A program made the position numbers and the translations under genes. Source: a virus (taxonomy: Duplodnaviria > Heunggongvirae > Uroviricota > Caudoviricetes). Taken from it: a DNA stretch of 17,248 bases. The notes beneath the pieces are model-generated. The model worked only from the letters and a program-made list of their open reading frames with translations, made no database searches and had not been told where the DNA came from. Shown in pieces: positions 15,276 to 17,248 of this stretch (its first letter is position 1; each line of letters opens with the position of its first letter). The stretch lies in the IMG/VR virus record IMGVR_UViG_2778261313_000007. One strand, written 5' to 3'.

Positions 15276-16271
15276 ATGAAAAATTCTAAGCGCATTACCT
15301 TCAACATGTTTATTAAATCCAACGGCAAACTGAACATCACTGTCATGGAAGGTAAAGCAAGCAAACAAGACAAATCCTTTGAAGTAGTATCAGGTAAGAC
15401 TCTGACCGAAATGCGTCAGAATGCTGGCATCAAAGACGGTGCTGAATGGCAGATCACCAACCGTTTCGACAAACGTCACGTTAAACCTACACTGGTAGAA
15501 GGTGAATCCGTTTATTGCTTCGCTCGTGCTGTTAAAGCTGATGAAACTTACTATCTGGCTGTTGTTAAAACTGCTTCCGGCTTCCGTGCTGTAATGCATC
15601 ACAAGAGCAAACGTAACGAATACGGCGTAGAGACCCAGGAAGTCGCAAAACGCTTCCGTACTGTTGCTACCGAATCCACTGTAAAGGATGTTTCTGGTAC
15701 TGTTAACACCGCTAAAGGCGGTTCCTTCTACAACCACGCATTACAGGTTACTTCCTCCTTCTTCTGCAAAAAAGAAGCACAGAAAGAAGTTTCTCCGGTA
15801 GTAGTTGAAGAAGTTAAAGAAGAAGTTGCAGTGGTTGAATATTCCGAAGTTGAAGCACTGAAAGCACGCATCGCTGAACTGGAAGCTGAAAACGCATCTC
15901 TGAAAGCTGAACTGGCAGCACAGGAAACCACTTTCGAAGTAGCAGCGGTTGAAGTTGAAGCAGTTGAAGAAAAATCCATTGATGAAGAACTGGAAGAACT
16001 CCTTAACTATCGCTGGGGTGTTGTTGCAGAAGTAGAACAAGAAGTTGCTCCGGTAGTTGTTCCGGTTGAAGTTGAAGAAGAATCCGCACCTGTTACTAAC
16101 TTTGAATCCCTGCGCAATAACTTTATGGCTAAATTCAAAACCACTTGGGAAGATACCGAAGAAGAACAAGAAGAGATTGAAGTAAACGAAGACGAGATCC
16201 GCGAAGCACAGATGGCACTGCATGACGCTATCTACGACACCAACTACAGCGCCTACGCATACGCAGCTTAA
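15276..16271 (+). CDS. two-domain protein: basic N-terminal domain plus acidic coiled-coil C-terminal half; high-expression codon usage
   Basis: ATG 15276 with AGGAG SD. 331 aa. The C-terminal half is dominated by E/V/A with heptad-like EALKARIAELEAENASLKAELAAQE. Codons are strongly biased to CTG/CGT/GGT/GCT/TTC/AAC, unlike the rest of the window. Confidence 0.65.
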   Translation: MKNSKRITFNMFIKSNGKLNITVMEGKASKQDKSFEVVSGKTLTEMRQNAGIKDGAEWQITNRFDKRHVKPTLVEGESVYCFARAVKADETYYLAVVKTASGFRAVMHHKSKRNEYGVETQEVAKRFRTVATESTVKDVSGTVNTAKGGSFYNHALQVTSSFFCKKEAQKEVSPVVVEEVKEEVAVVEYSEVEALKARIAELEAENASLKAELAAQETTFEVAAVEVEAVEEKSIDEELEELLNYRWGVVAEVEQEVAPVVVPVEVEEESAPVTNFESLRNNFMAKFKTTWEDTEEEQEEIEVNEDEIREAQMALHDAIYDTNYSAYAYAA

Positions 16272-16286
16272 TAGAGAGGTGAATTT

Positions 16287-16529
16287 ATGATGAATCAAAA
16301 CAAAGAATTTCTGGGTAATCTGATGTTAGAAATTACCAAAATGAAAGAAAGAATGGTAGCGATGGAATCAGAGATTAAAACACTTAAAGCTGATAATAAG
16401 GCGTTGAGAAAGTCCTTAAAGCTGATTGATGAGACTAATGCGGTTATGATGGATCATGTATTCCCTGAGTGGCGAAATGAAACTAAACCTACACAACATA
16501 AGAAACTTACACTTCGAATTGTTGCATAA
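16287..16529 (+). CDS. small coiled-coil protein
   Basis: ATG 16287 (tandem ATG ATG) preceded by GAGAGGTGA. 80 aa, helical and charged (KERMVAMESEIKTLKADNKALRKSLK). Stop TAA 16527-16529 directly followed by a hairpin. Confidence 0.45.
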   Translation: MMNQNKEFLGNLMLEITKMKERMVAMESEIKTLKADNKALRKSLKLIDETNAVMMDHVFPEWRNETKPTQHKKLTLRIVA

Positions 16530-16552
16530 AAAAAGGGACTCCGAAGAGTCCC
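16528..16552 (-). terminator. rho-independent terminator (minus strand; may also act on plus-strand transcripts)
   Basis: Minus-strand RNA GGGACUC-UUCG-GAGUCCC followed by U7 (plus-strand A-run 16528-16534). Lies directly after the stop of the plus-strand gene 16287..16529. Confidence 0.65.
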
Positions 16553-16630
16553 TAGTAAGTTTAGGTTAGGTTTGCACAACAAAGATGAGGTTATAATGAA
16601 CATAATGCCACATTATTCTTTAAAGCCAGA

Positions 16631-16653
16631 AAAATAACCGCCCCGAAGGGCGG
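16631..16653 (-). terminator. second minus-strand terminator
   Basis: Minus-strand RNA CCGCCC-UUCG-GGGCGG followed by UUAUUUUUC. Confidence 0.5.
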
Positions 16654-16799
16654 GAGGATTAACACTCAATCTATACTTGTTATGTTTTTATGTTGTATGA
16701 TCACTGACTATGAAAACACTGTTTTAATGGCTTTTAATCGGGAATCCTCAAAGAAGATCCCCTGTTAATAACCATAAGGAGAAAAGGCAGATTACACTA

Positions 16800-16973
16800 T
16801 TATTTAGTATCCTTTTTACAGCAACTAAAAAGAATAAACAAAAAGAAGCATACCCAGCCGTAAGGCGTACCGATTAGAAATTTGAAAAACACCACCAGCG
16901 ATATAAAAATCAATTTAATGCCAGCGACGATAGTCAAAAACAGCAGAGTAGCAAAGTAGACAAAAAGATCCAT
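16800..16973 (-). CDS. small hydrophobic membrane peptide (57 aa)
   Basis: Below the ORF-track cutoff. ATG 16971-16973 with AGAGGA SD 7 nt upstream. MDLFVYFATLLFLTIVAGIKLIFISLVVFFKFLIGTPYGWVCFFLFILFSCCKKDTK, predicted two transmembrane helices with a charged C-terminus. Confidence 0.3.
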   Translation of the reverse strand: MDLFVYFATLLFLTIVAGIKLIFISLVVFFKFLIGTPYGWVCFFLFILFSCCKKDTK

Positions 16974-17026
16974 AGATAATCCTCTTTGAAAACGACCATC
17001 ATCTATAGTTCAATTCATCGATTTAA

Positions 17027-17128
17027 TTAATGATACTTGAAAGCGTTACACAAAGTAGAAATGCCAATATGTGCCAGTGAATATACGATAGTTAATCCTA
17101 CAGCCAGATAAATCAAAAATTCAACCAT
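17027..17128 (-). CDS. small hydrophobic membrane peptide (33 aa)
   Basis: Below the ORF-track cutoff. ATG 17126-17128 with GAGGAT SD 6 nt upstream. MVEFLIYLAVGLTIVYSLAHIGISTLCNAFKYH, a single predicted transmembrane helix. Confidence 0.25.
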   Translation of the reverse strand: MVEFLIYLAVGLTIVYSLAHIGISTLCNAFKYH

Positions 17129-17140
17129 AGGTAAATCCTC

Positions 17141-17186
17141 AAATAAGAAAAAGGTTAGCGGGGGATGTTCTCCCATAAGCGCTAAC
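17141..17186 (-). terminator. hairpin plus U-rich tract upstream of the 33-aa peptide gene
   Basis: GTTAGCG ... CGCTAAC 7-bp stem (17154-17186) enclosing a GGGA/TCCC inner stem. On the minus strand it is followed by CUUUUUCUUAUUU. Confidence 0.35.
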
Positions 17187-17248
17187 TTAAGGGTTGTGGT
17201 ATTACGCCTGATATGATTTAACGTGCCGATGAATTACTCTCACGATAA

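Noticed and set aside
15390-16298. Minus-strand ORFs 15390..15737, 15728..15979, 15741..16298 opposite the acidic-protein gene
   Set aside because: They are antisense to a gene with a strong RBS and coherent codon usage, and their products are low-complexity F/S/T-rich frame artefacts.
17202-17248. Possible 3' end of a minus-strand gene running off the right edge
   Set aside because: Only about 15 codons are visible before a TAA, with no recognisable motif. That is too little to call.

Overview
This window reads as part of a tailed dsDNA phage or prophage genome. Positions 37-10997 are a single minus-strand late operon: large terminase, a 165-aa unknown, portal, a fused prohead-protease/acidic-linker/major-capsid gene, two small virion genes, a 277-aa structural protein and two tail-fibre genes. 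No tail tube, tape measure or adjacent small terminase is present in the window. Positions 11000-17248 are a regulatory or early-like region: three paralogous small helix-turn-helix proteins, a Rha-family regulator behind a palindromic operator/promoter, two proteins with strongly acidic regions (one with host-optimised codons), two small hydrophobic peptides, and a 1.24-kb AT-rich non-coding control region (13735-14976). That region holds near-consensus sigma70 promoters, seven GTGTAGG direct repeats, a roughly 100-bp nested dyad and a duplicated 15-bp palindrome; I consider it the most likely site of an undescribed origin, packaging or regulatory element. Intergenic hairpins recur throughout, many with C(UUCG)G loops, several forming rho-independent terminators. 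I found no rRNA, tRNA, CRISPR array, integrase or transposase. All functional calls rest on motifs, composition and gene order read by eye; no database search was run.
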